From assembly GCA_964057225.1 (NCBI GenBank), contig OZ059897.1, positions 14,384,001-14,448,000 on the forward strand: a DNA stretch of 64,000 bases, read 5' to 3'. The stretch is from Auanema rhodensis. Taxonomy: Eukaryota; Animalia; Nematoda. The first letter of the stretch is position 1, and the number at the start of each line of letters is the position of its first letter. The notes beneath the pieces are model-generated. The model saw nothing but the letters and a program-made list of their open reading frames with translations, ran no database searches and had not been told where the DNA came from. This document shows positions 52,225-64,000 of this stretch, piece by piece. The translations under genes and the position numbers were made by a program.

Positions 52225-55200
52225 CTGCAAATGAGCAAAACATCAAAATGCAGAAAAAAAGAAGGAGAGAAAGAAGTTAGTAGAAGGAGTAGACGATGGA
52301 GTTGATAGAAAAAATGAAAGTAGATTTTTGATTAAGTATGAGAAGTAGAACTCAACGAAGAAAAGTTATTTTTTTTCGTTTTGAACACATAGAAAATGCA
52401 AGAAATATAGAGAGTAAAAGGAGAGGATGAAGACATTGTTTGCGAATAAAAAATGGTAAAATGAGAGCAGAAACAGCAGAAACAACAGAATTTTTTTTTT
52501 GGAAAATTGGATCATTTTGTGAATAGTCAGTGAACGTACGAGCAGAATGCGGAAGATCTACTGCTCATTCTATATATGAATGTTTTTTGTTTGCTCTGAT
52601 GTATCTTTCAGAATGGCTGGAGAGGACCAATCATGGAAGATGAAGTGAGAAAGAGAGATACAGAATAGATATAGGATCGAAAAACAAGCCTTGAGGCAGA
52701 AATTTTTTTCATCTCTTCGGAACCAAACGTCATATAAGCAAACTAATCGGGTTGTCGATAAGCATGCTCTTGCAGTAAAATACACATAATAACAAAGTCG
52801 AAAGCGAAATGAAGCTCAGAGTGCTTCTCCCATATCAATTTGTCATAAGAAAAAGTCCTGACTGAATTGGAAACACTCTCAGTTGCTCTGTTTTTCTGCT
52901 TTCTCTTACACTTGGTTCACACTCACTCCCACAGCTTGCTAGAATGACACTAACGGATATAGAAGTCAATGAAGCCGTATGATGACGACAATAAGTCGCC
53001 GATGTCAGCAAGAGCAAGAGAATGAGTCTGTCAGTCAACGAAGAGATTTTTGATGATGAGAATGATGATGATGAAGAAGAAGAAGAGAAATGAGACAAAA
53101 GGGTTGTGAGTGATATTAAAGATTTCATTTATTCTTTTCAATTTAAAAAGGAAAAAATCTAAATAAAATTTGATATTAAGTATAGTGTACGTATAAATTA
53201 TATGAATAAGTCATAGAATGTTATAAAAATAAAATGTAATTGAATATGACATATGCATGTATGTATGCTCCATTAAAAGGATATTAGACCTATGACATTT
53301 CCTTTTTTTCTTTTTTTCTATAATAAAAAAAGAAAGATTGAATACATTATATCAAAAATTACTAAAGTAAAATAATAAGATGATAAGACGATAAGAAAAC
53401 TTTTATTTAACTTTTCAAACTAACTCTTTGAGCTTAAGCTTAAGCTTCAACATTAATTTTAGTTTTCTTCTTCTTCTTTTCTCTGTAGAATACTACAAAC
53501 TAAGGTTGTTGATTGAATGAATAAATAAAATATTTCTAGCAAAGCATTATCTTTATAAAAGGAAATAAAAGCATTTAACTTTTGTTTTACTGAATATACA
53601 TATCTCCAGATGCCATGAAGTAAGCCAACAAACAACTTTGAATGACGTCATGATGTTTTGTTCAATGACTTCGATGAACCAATACTGATTGCCTGGCTCA
53701 GAGGTAATTAAGGCGAAACACCGTACAAGCGTTCAAATCATCTAAGAAACAATCGAATTTTCAATTGTCCAATTTTTCAAATATCAAATAACCAATAGCT
53801 TTTCAAAAAAAAATTTTCTCTGCTTCATTTCAGATTTTTTTTATTGCATCTCTATTTCTTTTTCACTTTTTCTCTGTATTACTTTAACAGATTGCTTTAA
53901 GAGAAAAAAAGAAAAGAAAAATATACATCCATAGCAATATAAAATTTTTTTTTGGATTGTTGATCATTATGACAGAATATATTTATACAATCAAGCAGTT
54001 TATTCACGTATTTCTCGTTTGGAAAAAAAAAAGATTTGAGAGAAGAAAATCAAAAAGAACGTCATTTTTTCGTGTTTTTCCAATTTAATAATTCCAATTT
54101 CGAGGCGTTATTTTCGAAAAAAATTTAAAATGTCAATTGAAAATTGAATGACAGTTATTTGTTCCGCTTACAGCAAAATTTATGTTTTGTATAAGAACCA
54201 AATGTGTAAAAACACCTTAGTTCTTCTTAATTTCCTACTTTTATTTTTTTAAAAAGAGATTTTAATTTAAATAAAAGAAATAAAAGGAAACAATTATTTA
54301 ATCAAATACAAAGTTTGTAACTTCTTTTGCAACTTAGCGTCAAACGCACAAGGATATGGATGACGGTCTATCTAACTTAATATAGAAACAAGGAAATGAA
54401 GATGTGCAGAAGCAGGGGTGGTGGAGGCGGAGGAGAATGAGGGAGAGAAGGAAAAGAAGGAGTAATACCCGGAAGACCAAAAATAAAAAATTGTTAAATT
54501 AGTCGAAAACTCAGAACTAGAAGTTTGAAAATGGAAAAGGCCAATGTTGGTATGTTGTGACAACGGAAAACGAATTACTGGGCCACGCCAGCTGATTCTC
54601 AGTAGCTGAATGACTCTTGCTCGCCTATAAGAGTTGAGGAGGGGGTGAGACAGGGAATGAATAAGAGCAGCTATGTGGCTATATGCATGGAAAGAGAGGA
54701 AAAAAAAGAGAGAGAGAGAGAGATGTGAACAGAGAGGAATAGGAAGATGTGGATAGTATTTCCATTTCTTATATTCGGATGTCCATAAAAACTTAATTTT
54801 TCAAATATGTAATAAGTTTTTGAACACAAAATTAAACGAATATTTTCAACAAAAAAATGCTCAAATTGGCTTTTTTAATAGAAATATCCGGTCTTACTTG
54901 ATACGTGTTTGTAAAGGAAATTAAATGATATTCATTGTTATTGAAAATTGAGATATGAAAAATAAAAAATAAATAAACAAAAAGAAAGTATAAAAGACAA
55001 CAAATCGGTTGAAGGGTGAAGGATAATGAACAAAAAACAGTCTATGTTATATGCTTCAGAAGGAAGATGCTTCATGTTTTAAACTACGCAGCCACGTGCT
55101 TCTTTCACGTCAAAGCCACAGATTTTCAAAAAGAAAACATTATTTTTGAAATTTTCCAAACAGACCTCAAGCAAAAATAAAGTGAAACAGAGCGCTAGTA

Positions 55201-58200
55201 TTCTGAAAAGATATTTTCAATAACGGCTAAAATTTTTTTGTGCTTCGAAGTGGGAACCAGGAAAAATTCTATCTCGATTATTATCTTCCTCTGTTGAAAA
55301 AAAATAACTTCATCATCCAAGTTCATCCAGATTTCTCTGATTTCAAAACTAACGGAAAACGACAAGAAGCATCTAAAGAATTTCATTTTTGAACACAAAT
55401 CTAAAAAGTTTTACATAAGCAGTTGACATCAAAATTGATAACTGTGTATAAAATAGAAGAAGATGCCTCAGGCTATTCGGAGAATTGAAAAAAAAATGAA
55501 AAAGAATGACACAATAACCACGAAGCACGTCATTTGCTCGTAAAATAAAAAAAGAGAAGTTTGAAAAAAGTGGGTGGAAAACTAATAGAAAACTTCATAA
55601 TAGTTTTAACATACCAATATTCTCTTCTTGAAGTTTGCACCATTTGCTGTTTGAACCATAAAATGGAAGATCATTATCCAGACGTAGCTGATATACATAA
55701 AATAATAATATTATAATTAAAATAAATAATATTATTATAAGAAACGTTAGCAGTTCCATTTGTCTTTCCCTTTATGTTGTAGATAATCTGCAATTATTAT
55801 AATTTTTTTCATTCTTAGGAAGAGAAAAAAACAACACAGTTATACATACATTATGCTCTGTGATGTTTAGAAAAGAAAAAGATTTAAAAAAATAATTAAA
55901 TAGATTAGGAAAACTATACATTTTAAAGATGAATAAACATGGAAATAAAAAAAAAGAAAAAACAAGGACAAACATAATTAAAACCGATGTAGAGGAAAAA
56001 TAATCAAAACTGAAATTCGTAAAAGTAATGCTGAATTCTAGATGAAAAAATATAAAATATTCACTTTACCTTGACAACTTTTTTTTTTAAAAATGAAAGG
56101 AATACCTTGAAAATTTTGAATAATCTAAATAACTGTTACAGAATTAAAAAATAGTTAATGAATATTATATAAAATTTATTTAAAATTATAATTTCTATAT
56201 GATAATATATTAATTTTATTAAAGCTTAAAGGGATTTGATAAAACTATAGAGAGAGAAAATTGGAAACAGTGTAAAAGAAAGATAACGAGAGAGAGTGAC
56301 AACAAGAGAATCCAATTGAAACAGAATTTTTTTGAAACAGTCAATGCATTAATTCAGAAATTAGGCACATTTGTGAAATGAAAAATAAATTTTTTTGATA
56401 TTTCATCTATATATGTTTCATATTTGTTGAATATTCATGAACTAATTGTTAATAACTCGTTGGAAAAAAACGTAAAAGGAAAGATAAGCTAGACCAAACC
56501 GTCCATTTTGTGTTGAAGAAAAGAATGATTTGTTCGTGAAACTTTGAAATAACAAAGATAAATTTTTATTGCTTGATCAAACTAATGTGGAAAAAACATG
56601 TATATGAAGAGAGAAAAAAAAACAAAAAAGACTGTTTTAAGTTAAATTATTGAAACAATATTGAAATGAATAGTGTTTCAACTAAACTCAACTATTCAAC
56701 TATTTGGTTTAACTGCTTAAATACTTAAAAAATCTCCACAGTTTGAAGAAGAAAAAAGAATTTCTATAGAAGAAGCTGAAATACAAATTTTGTTTTCTAC
56801 CTTAATAGTCAACGAAACGTAAAAACATGAAGAAAAATATTTCACATGAAGCTTCATTGACGATGAAGGGGAAATTCTCATTTTGTCAGTTCAGAGTACA
56901 CATGACGGTCAGCATTTTAAGAATAAAAGAATTAGAAATTAAGAATAGATAAAGAGATTGGAAGATATGGAGAGAAGAAGAGAAAAGTGCATAAACGTCT
57001 TTCCAATAAATTAAAAAATGTTTTTTCTTATGATAAAATAATAGTTAACATATACATTTCTCCAAATACATATGGTAAATATGTAAGTATATATTTAAAA
57101 TTAAGTTTATTAAGTTTGAGTGCAATGAGAACATATAAATTGCTGAGCAAAATTTCTACATTTTGAGAGCTTTTGTTTAAAGAATTGTTTAGTTTCAGAA
57201 AACAAGAAGATCTTATACTACATATATATATATATATATATAGTAAAATATTGAAACATGGGAGAAAGAGAAAGGAAAAAGACTCAACAGAGAACTTTTT
57301 GTACTTTTTTCGAGTTGAAAGAACTTAATTTGAAAATATGATATAATGAGAAAATGTATGGAACAGTAAAAATATTTGACATCAGAATTTGAATATAATT
57401 CTAAAAATGGATAAAAAAAAGAAGTTAATGGATAGGACATATATATTAATATTTTATTTAATTAGATGAAACATTGCTCAATACTGAGAGATAATGCTAT
57501 ATACATCTATGTAAGTTTTCACAGAAAGTTAGAATGAACATATCAAAAAGGATACATTTAGTATGATGAGACTTTCAATCATTTTTTTCTCATAGGCTTC
57601 TCAATAAAATGTAAGTGAATAAATGAGTTGACTATTTGCTTCTCCCACTTTTTTAAGCTTATGGAGCTGAAAAAAATTGTAGAAAAGCTAGACGTTGGAT
57701 TCAATGTCTGGCGCTGAAAGGAGCCAAGCAAAGAGGTTGATAGACAGGACCACAAAGCCTTTAGATTCCCATTTGTGGAGCTTTAATGAAATTACACACA
57801 AACGATTCATTATACCCTTAGGCTGTGTTTCTGAGCTAGCTGATTAGATCGAGCATGAGCACGATGATGCAAGAAAAAAGAGGAAAAATTGCACTAGTGT
57901 CAATAACTTTTCTAAACTCGATCTCATCTCTGAAATTTCACTTAAGTTGTGATAGAAAAAGAAAACGAAATAAATTTCATGAAAAGTAACAGATAAACTA
58001 GATAAGCACTTGGTTATGAACATTGAAAATTGAATTTAACTTATTTCAATCTAGATAGAAAGAAAAACAATAAAATATTTTGAAATTTTCTTTTATTCAA
58101 TTTATATTTTTTCTTTTCAAAATTTTACAAATTAAAAGATGAAATGTCAAATATTTGGAAGTCCATTGTCTGAAAAAAATGAAGTCAAAAAGATAGAAAA

Positions 58201-58315
58201 ATAATAATATAAGATACTAATATGGAAAGGTCATTTATTTCATTTTAGTATAAATCGGTTAAAAATAAAATAAAAATAGATTGAGTAACAATGAAGACGA
58301 TGATGAGGAGCTTAC

Positions 58316-59274
58316 ATGGAAAAGGATAATGGCTAATGTAGCCTGACTTTCGTTGAAATATCTTTGAACCATCTTTTTCTTGTTTCAGTTTCACACTCTT
58401 ATGTCTTTTGTCAATCTAAAGCATTAGGCTTATATCGTTTCTTTGGAATCAACATCGTTTTCTCTCATGATGACCACGACTTTACCAGATGTCTGTTGAT
58501 CTTCATCTCTATACTCACCGTGTTCTCTCGGTGAGCTAACCGAACATAAGAGGAAACAATAGATAACTGACGATTTCACGATAGAGAATGAAAAATGAAT
58601 GAAAATAGTTGTAAGAAACATGTAGAGAATGGAGTTAAGAACTGGCTTATGGCCGGATTTCATAGCTCCAGATACGATCTTTACGCACAGCGTACAGAAC
58701 TTCTTTGTATTGTGATCAGGCAGAGGATTATAACTGAATGAAGACAAATAAATGTGAATTTTCAATAATATTTTTTAATTTTTTTAAATAAATAAATATA
58801 AATAAACATATTTAATATAATTTGTTAATAGAAAAATCATATTGAAATTACTATTTATCTTATTTTCTAATGTTTTCATAAGTTCAAATAATTCATACAA
58901 CAAAATATTTTTTCAAGTTTTTCAAATGAATATTTCGCGGGATGAGATATATCTTCGATACTATACATAACTAAGTTTTAAAGGAAATAAACTTTAAAAT
59001 GAGAAGCCATTTTTAAAAATTTGAAAGAGAAGGTTGAGGAAGTTTCATTAGTTTATCTATATATTATATATTCCAACTAGGTATAATATAAGAAAATTAG
59101 TATAATCAAATATTTCAAGTAAATTATAATTTTTATAAAAAAAAACAAATAAACAATATATGGTAATAGAAGTTAAATAACAAATAAAGTTGCATTTAAA
59201 GATGAAAACTTGGTGAAACTTTATCTAAACAGAATAAGCTTTATAGCTATGTATGACCATCCGTCAATGTCCAT
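58316..59274 (-). CDS. Probable 5' exons of the tandem-C2 gene (MDIDGC / YNPLPDHNTKKFCTLCVKIVSGAMKSGHKP / IDKRHKSVKLKQEKDGSKIFQRKSGYISHYPFP)
   Basis: Exons 59274-59258, 58733-58643 and 58415-58316 have GT/AG borders with T at -5. Their phases (2, 0, 1) chain together and match the phase-1 start of exon 52224-52182 across a ~6.1 kb intron. A TTTCAG lies 10 nt upstream of the ATG. I cannot see any homology support. Confidence 0.5.
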
Positions 59275-61221
59275 GTCAATTCTTCTGAAACAGCTCTTTT
59301 ACTTCAATAAATACGTTTTTTCATTAAAGCCAATTCGTTTAAATGAACTTTCTTTTCTATTGAATCAATCGTTTAATCTATTTTAAAATTATCGAAATTT
59401 AATTTTTAATTCATCAAATAGGAGAAATTAGAAGAATAATTAAAATAATGAAGTAAAAATCTTTTAATATATCAAAAAATTTAGTTTTTAATTATTTTAA
59501 ATATATTTCCTTTTACAAATATATTTTTAAATTATATATAAATATGATAAATATCTAATATATAATTATTTGAACATATCATCACAGTAGATCATTTTAA
59601 CAAGAAAAAATTATTATTATTTGTATTATTGCAAATATAATCAAGAATTAGTTTATATATCAATCCAGATTGATAAAATAGATAAAAACAATTTTTTTAA
59701 GCAGATATTTACATATTTTACAAATAAAAAAGTTGTCATATAGACAAGAAAACCTTTCAGTTATTCATTAGTTCATATGTTTTGAAACAAAAACATTTGA
59801 TGTGAAATTTTCATTTTTCTCTCATATGTCTGTCAAAAATTTTTCTTGATTTGTATTTATTATGAATTTCGGTTATTGAGCTTTATACATTGCTTACTAA
59901 ATCTGTTTCAAATGCCTCTCATGCTCGAAATGAAAGATCGTTTTTTCCAAATTTCTCCTTCTTTTTTTTTCGAATGAATTAATTAAAAAAGAATTTGTAT
60001 TGTCTCATTTCTATAGTTACATAACAAAGATGAAAAGTTCATCTTTCAATATTGTAGTATATAAGAAAAAAGAAATGAGGGGTATATAGTAGATACATAT
60101 GTTTATAACATATACCAATTAATGATATCATTCTTGCTCAGATTTCTTTTTTTCTTAATTCTATATCGAATATGACTCTTTTATCTGCTTTCTTCGTTTT
60201 TTTGAACAGATCATGTGGTCGGAAACGCACTGGTTGGCATGGAAACACTTGAAGTTTTCTTAGCAAACTTTGATGCCTTCACTTCACAATTTGTCCACTT
60301 GGAACAGCTTAACTATCTTGTCCCTTTTCTTATCGAATGTTTTATTCAGGAAATTTATCACTTTTTCTTTAATGATTAGCTTTGTTATAAAATTTAAGTT
60401 AGCTATTCTAATGTTTTTCCTAAACTATATTTGAACAATGTATTTCTTTGTCTTCCCATTTTTTCTTCAAACCTTATCCCTAAAAATTGATGTTGGAAAC
60501 ATTGCTGACAAAGCTTTTCACAAAAACTTCTTGTGCTCTCAGTTATTCGGAGGTTTTTTTGTTAGCTTGAACAAAATGTATGTCTCTCTCTCTCTCTATC
60601 TCTCTCTATTTATTCGTTTAAATTACCTCAGTTTCAGCACAATTTTGCCTATTATTATAGAGCATTTACGACTAATTTCGGAGAAAACTTTGCCCTTCTC
60701 ACTCTATTTATGAAAATTTCTATTATTTTTGTATTGAATATCATTCTACGAGTCTCCTATCTATAGACTTTATTTGTTCTTTATAAAAATGGTTTCAACT
60801 ATTTCAAAGTAATATATATATATATACATGTATGTATGATATCCTATATGCACTCTCTTCTTTTTTTCTCTTTTTACTTCCCGCTCTCTCTCTTAAAACG
60901 TATATTTCTTATAAGTTTCGATATGTTTTATTAAACATATTTTTTCCATTTATATTGTTGTCAACGTTTCACCTAAAATTTCATGTCTTACCCTTATTCT
61001 TATTCATCGGATTGCCTTGCACCTCTCACTCACTTCCTCACTCCCATCTTCCTCCCTCTCTTCACACTCCCCCACATGCATGTTTTTCTCTTTTTATTTT
61101 AATCTTTGAAAGTACAGAAGGATTTCATGTTGAACAATATTTAATTTTAATCCATTTTACTTTTAAATTTTTTTTGTTTCTCGATTTTCAATTGGAAAAA
61201 CAGTTCTTTTATTTATAATAC

Positions 61222-61271
61222 AGTGAACCATTTTAGCTGCTGGAATAGGTAAGCAGCCAAGATGGTTCATT
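61222..61271. other. Near-perfect 20-bp stem-loop (candidate pre-miRNA or inverted-repeat remnant)
   Basis: AGTGAACCATTTTAGCTGCT-GGAATAGGTA-AGCAGCCAAGATGGTTCATT. 19 of 20 positions pair (2 G-U), with a 10-nt loop. Function unknown. Confidence 0.4.
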
Positions 61272-64000
61272 AAGCTTAGTTCGATAAGGAAAACCTTCTG
61301 CAAGTCATTAATTTTGTCTCCTGTATGTTCTGATGAAACGTTACGAGCATTAAAGCACACAGTTCAATCTCATTTATTTTTATTGCAATTATTGAATATT
61401 TTAATATAATTGTATAATTTTTCTCGAGGTAACATTTAACCATAAATTCGAGAATGTCATCTATTTTTAGTCAATTTTATCATATTTTATCTCTTCGGTT
61501 CTTTTATCAAATATCACATGTGACTGGTAAAAATATTTTGTTGACGCCCCCTGATATAGCTTCTATGTTTTCACGTATGAACTTACCACTTTTCAGTCGT
61601 TCTTTTCGTATCGCTTAAACTATATGTATACGAATATATGTATATATTTCCATATAGTTATAGTTAGTCTAGTACTCTTTCATCTACTTTGTGTTTATAA
61701 AATTTGTGAAAGTCTTCAAGTACATGGTCTTCTGTATATTTCAACAATATTATTGTTATCAGCATTCAAATCAAAAACTTCTTACATTTTGTTCATTTCA
61801 TTTCATTTTATTATTTCACCTTTTCTTTTCCAACTTTCACTATATTTTTCCGGATATTTTCATGTTTTACTGAGTAATAGACTACCACAATCTTCAATTC
61901 TTGATGACATTTATTCCGTAATTGGCTCTTGCTTCTGCCGGAACTGGAGAAAAACAAAAAAAAGTTTTCCATATTTTTTTTTCATTTTTCTTGTATAGTC
62001 TGTGTCCAAAAAATTTCAAATTTCAAATTATTTATATGAAGACAAGCAGCTTTCTTCTTCTTTTTTTTCTGACGTTACCTTCTCAATTGCTCACTGATAA
62101 TACAAATGACGAAAAATTGAAAGATAATATGATACAATTGTTTGATATATGTATGAAATCAAATTAAAAAGAATTAATTTTCTCGAATTTCCACTAAACG
62201 TATTTTCTTCAACCACGTCATGCTACATGTATCACGCATTCTAGATATTTGTTGTTGACATTGCATCGTCTCATTAGCCGAATGTCAAACCAATAATCTT
62301 TGCAACATACATATTTCTCTGTAATTTGCCATTTCATTTATCTTTTGAATAATTTTCTTTTTTAAAACAAAATAAGATGAAAACATGATCAGCTTCTTCT
62401 TGATTTATGACCATTGAATGACAAAAACGACTATGAAAACTTGAATTGTTTTAATGAAAAAATCCGTTAATCAAGTGGGCTCAACCAAGCGATTTATAAA
62501 AAACATGTGAAGCCAAAGCTCATAACAAAGGATTTCAAAAATTTGTCTGATAATTTGCAATCTTGTCATGTCTCTTTTGGCCCGGAAGATATTCTTTGAA
62601 CATTATAAATTGATCGTTTAATCATTATGTCTTGAATGAAAAAAAATGCAAAAAAGAGAAATATATTTTGATATAAGAATAACAAGAATAATATTTCGAA
62701 TTTCGCGGATAAAATTGAACTATGGACCGTAGATTGAATAAGAATTCTGAAAAAAAAACCTAAAAGAAACAAAAAATATAGAGAAACGATAACATTACTT
62801 TCGATAAAATAGACAAAGAAAGCAAAACAATTGTTGTTGCAATATGTTTGTTAGTATTCAGTCATCAAACTTGTGTGCCATGCTTTCTTCATTCTTTTCT
62901 TTATTCAAGCTTAAGTTGGAAAAGATAATTTACTTTGAAAACATATCTCATCTCTTTGAATAAGCTATTTATGCTTTCAATTCTACCTGAGTAACAAAAA
63001 AAGAAAACATTTTAATTTTTCTTTTCTTCACATCAATTCGATTTGTAAAATGTAGTAGAGTGGTATGTAGCACAACATATCATCCAACTTCATCTTTATC
63101 TCATCGTAGAAGTTTTTTCTTCGTCGCATGCACATTGAAAAAGTTCAAAACAAAACAGATTCTTCATGAGCATTTTAAGATACATAGATATATAGATAGA
63201 TGTATGTACATGAATACATGTGTATGTATATGGATGTATACATGTATCTATGCATGTATATAATCTTTGAAACATATCATTGTGAATAGGATAAAAGTAT
63301 AATTGTATGTACACATACATATAAGGGAGGAGTTTTACAGAACTATGAAAAATTATAAAAGAGAAAGAGAGAGACAAGAGAAGAGTAAGAGAGACAGAGA
63401 GGGTAAAAACAAAACAAAAAAAGAAGAAAGAGGGGGTGGAAAAGAGATTGACAGTGTGAAAGAGTGAAGAATGAAGACAGAAATATTACAAATGAACCAA
63501 CTGAAAACAATGAAAGTCCGTTATGTTTCAATATAGTATATCCCTATAAACATATCTATATGTTCATATATATATGTACATATTCAAAAAATATATTTTT
63601 TTCGTATTTTGTATCCAAATATATAGGATTTTTAAAAATTTTTTTTGTTATTTTTATATCTAAAATTATGAGAAACAAATTAATAAAACTTCCTTCTGAA
63701 ATCAAATGACAGAAAACTTTATTGCAGCCTGTATCACTTGTCATAATATTTATATAAATACAATATGCGCATAATTATATATTTTTTATATTCAAAACAT
63801 ATGTATTTTCTTGTGAAAATCTGAAATTTCTTGATAAGTATGATGCAGACTTATCATGATCAATCTTTCCTCTTCCTCTCCTTCCTACTTCAACAACTCC
63901 CATCTTAAGCAAGCTAAATGCTTTTTCTGATTACCAATCTATGTTTCTGAATAAGATTTGATATTCATATATCTCTACAGCCTTTAAAAAAATTTTTTTT

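Noticed and set aside
57661-57786. Short + strand ORF with an in-frame TGA (possible selenocysteine or readthrough)
   Set aside because: No redox motif, no valid SECIS geometry downstream, and it is antisense within an intron.
58514-58535. CTCACCG/CGGTGAG hairpin enclosing a 17-nt micro-exon candidate with a GTGAGT donor
   Set aside because: Its acceptor (GGTTAG) lacks the -5 T seen in every supported intron, and inclusion would shift the frame.
15600-59911. Scattered CTGTTTCA (piRNA Ruby-motif core) on both strands
   Set aside because: Only a handful over tens of kb, one overlaps a splice acceptor, and there is no dense cluster. It cannot be supported without 21U reads.
1-64000. CRISPR arrays, telomeric TTAGGC arrays, rRNA, SL RNA or hammerhead ribozymes
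   Set aside because: No regularly spaced repeats or matching motifs were seen. CTGATGA instances lack a stem II and GAAA context.

Overview
This is AT-rich eukaryotic genomic DNA, most likely from a nematode. The evidence is many 44-100 nt GT-AG introns, TTTCAG-type acceptors, apparent trans-splice acceptors just before start codons, and a maT transposon remnant. The six-frame ORF track is largely uninformative because the real genes are split into small exons. I reconstructed three spliced genes by hand. (1) A GRTP1/TBC1D6-type Rab-GAP (+, 38683-41476, 9 exons, about 357 aa). (2) A TMCO4/DUF726 alpha/beta-hydrolase-like membrane protein (+, 46476-49337, 16 exons, about 618 aa). (3) A convergent tandem-C2, synaptotagmin-like gene lacking the Ca2+-ligand aspartates (-, core 52224-50342, probable 5' exons up to 59274). 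A truncated, internally deleted DD37D/maT transposon lies at 34133-34591. The first ~33 kb contain no recognisable coding exons, but carry GA/CT tracts, GC-rich islets, repeated CAGCTG E-boxes and a perfect 20-bp palindrome. The most notable observations are the relaxed 3' splice sites (7 of 34 introns end in AAG, while all 34 keep T at -5), the atypical C2 protein that appears to lack a transmembrane helix, and a few candidate structured RNAs. I found no CRISPR, rRNA, tRNA or prokaryotic system, and no firm evidence of a novel multi-gene system.
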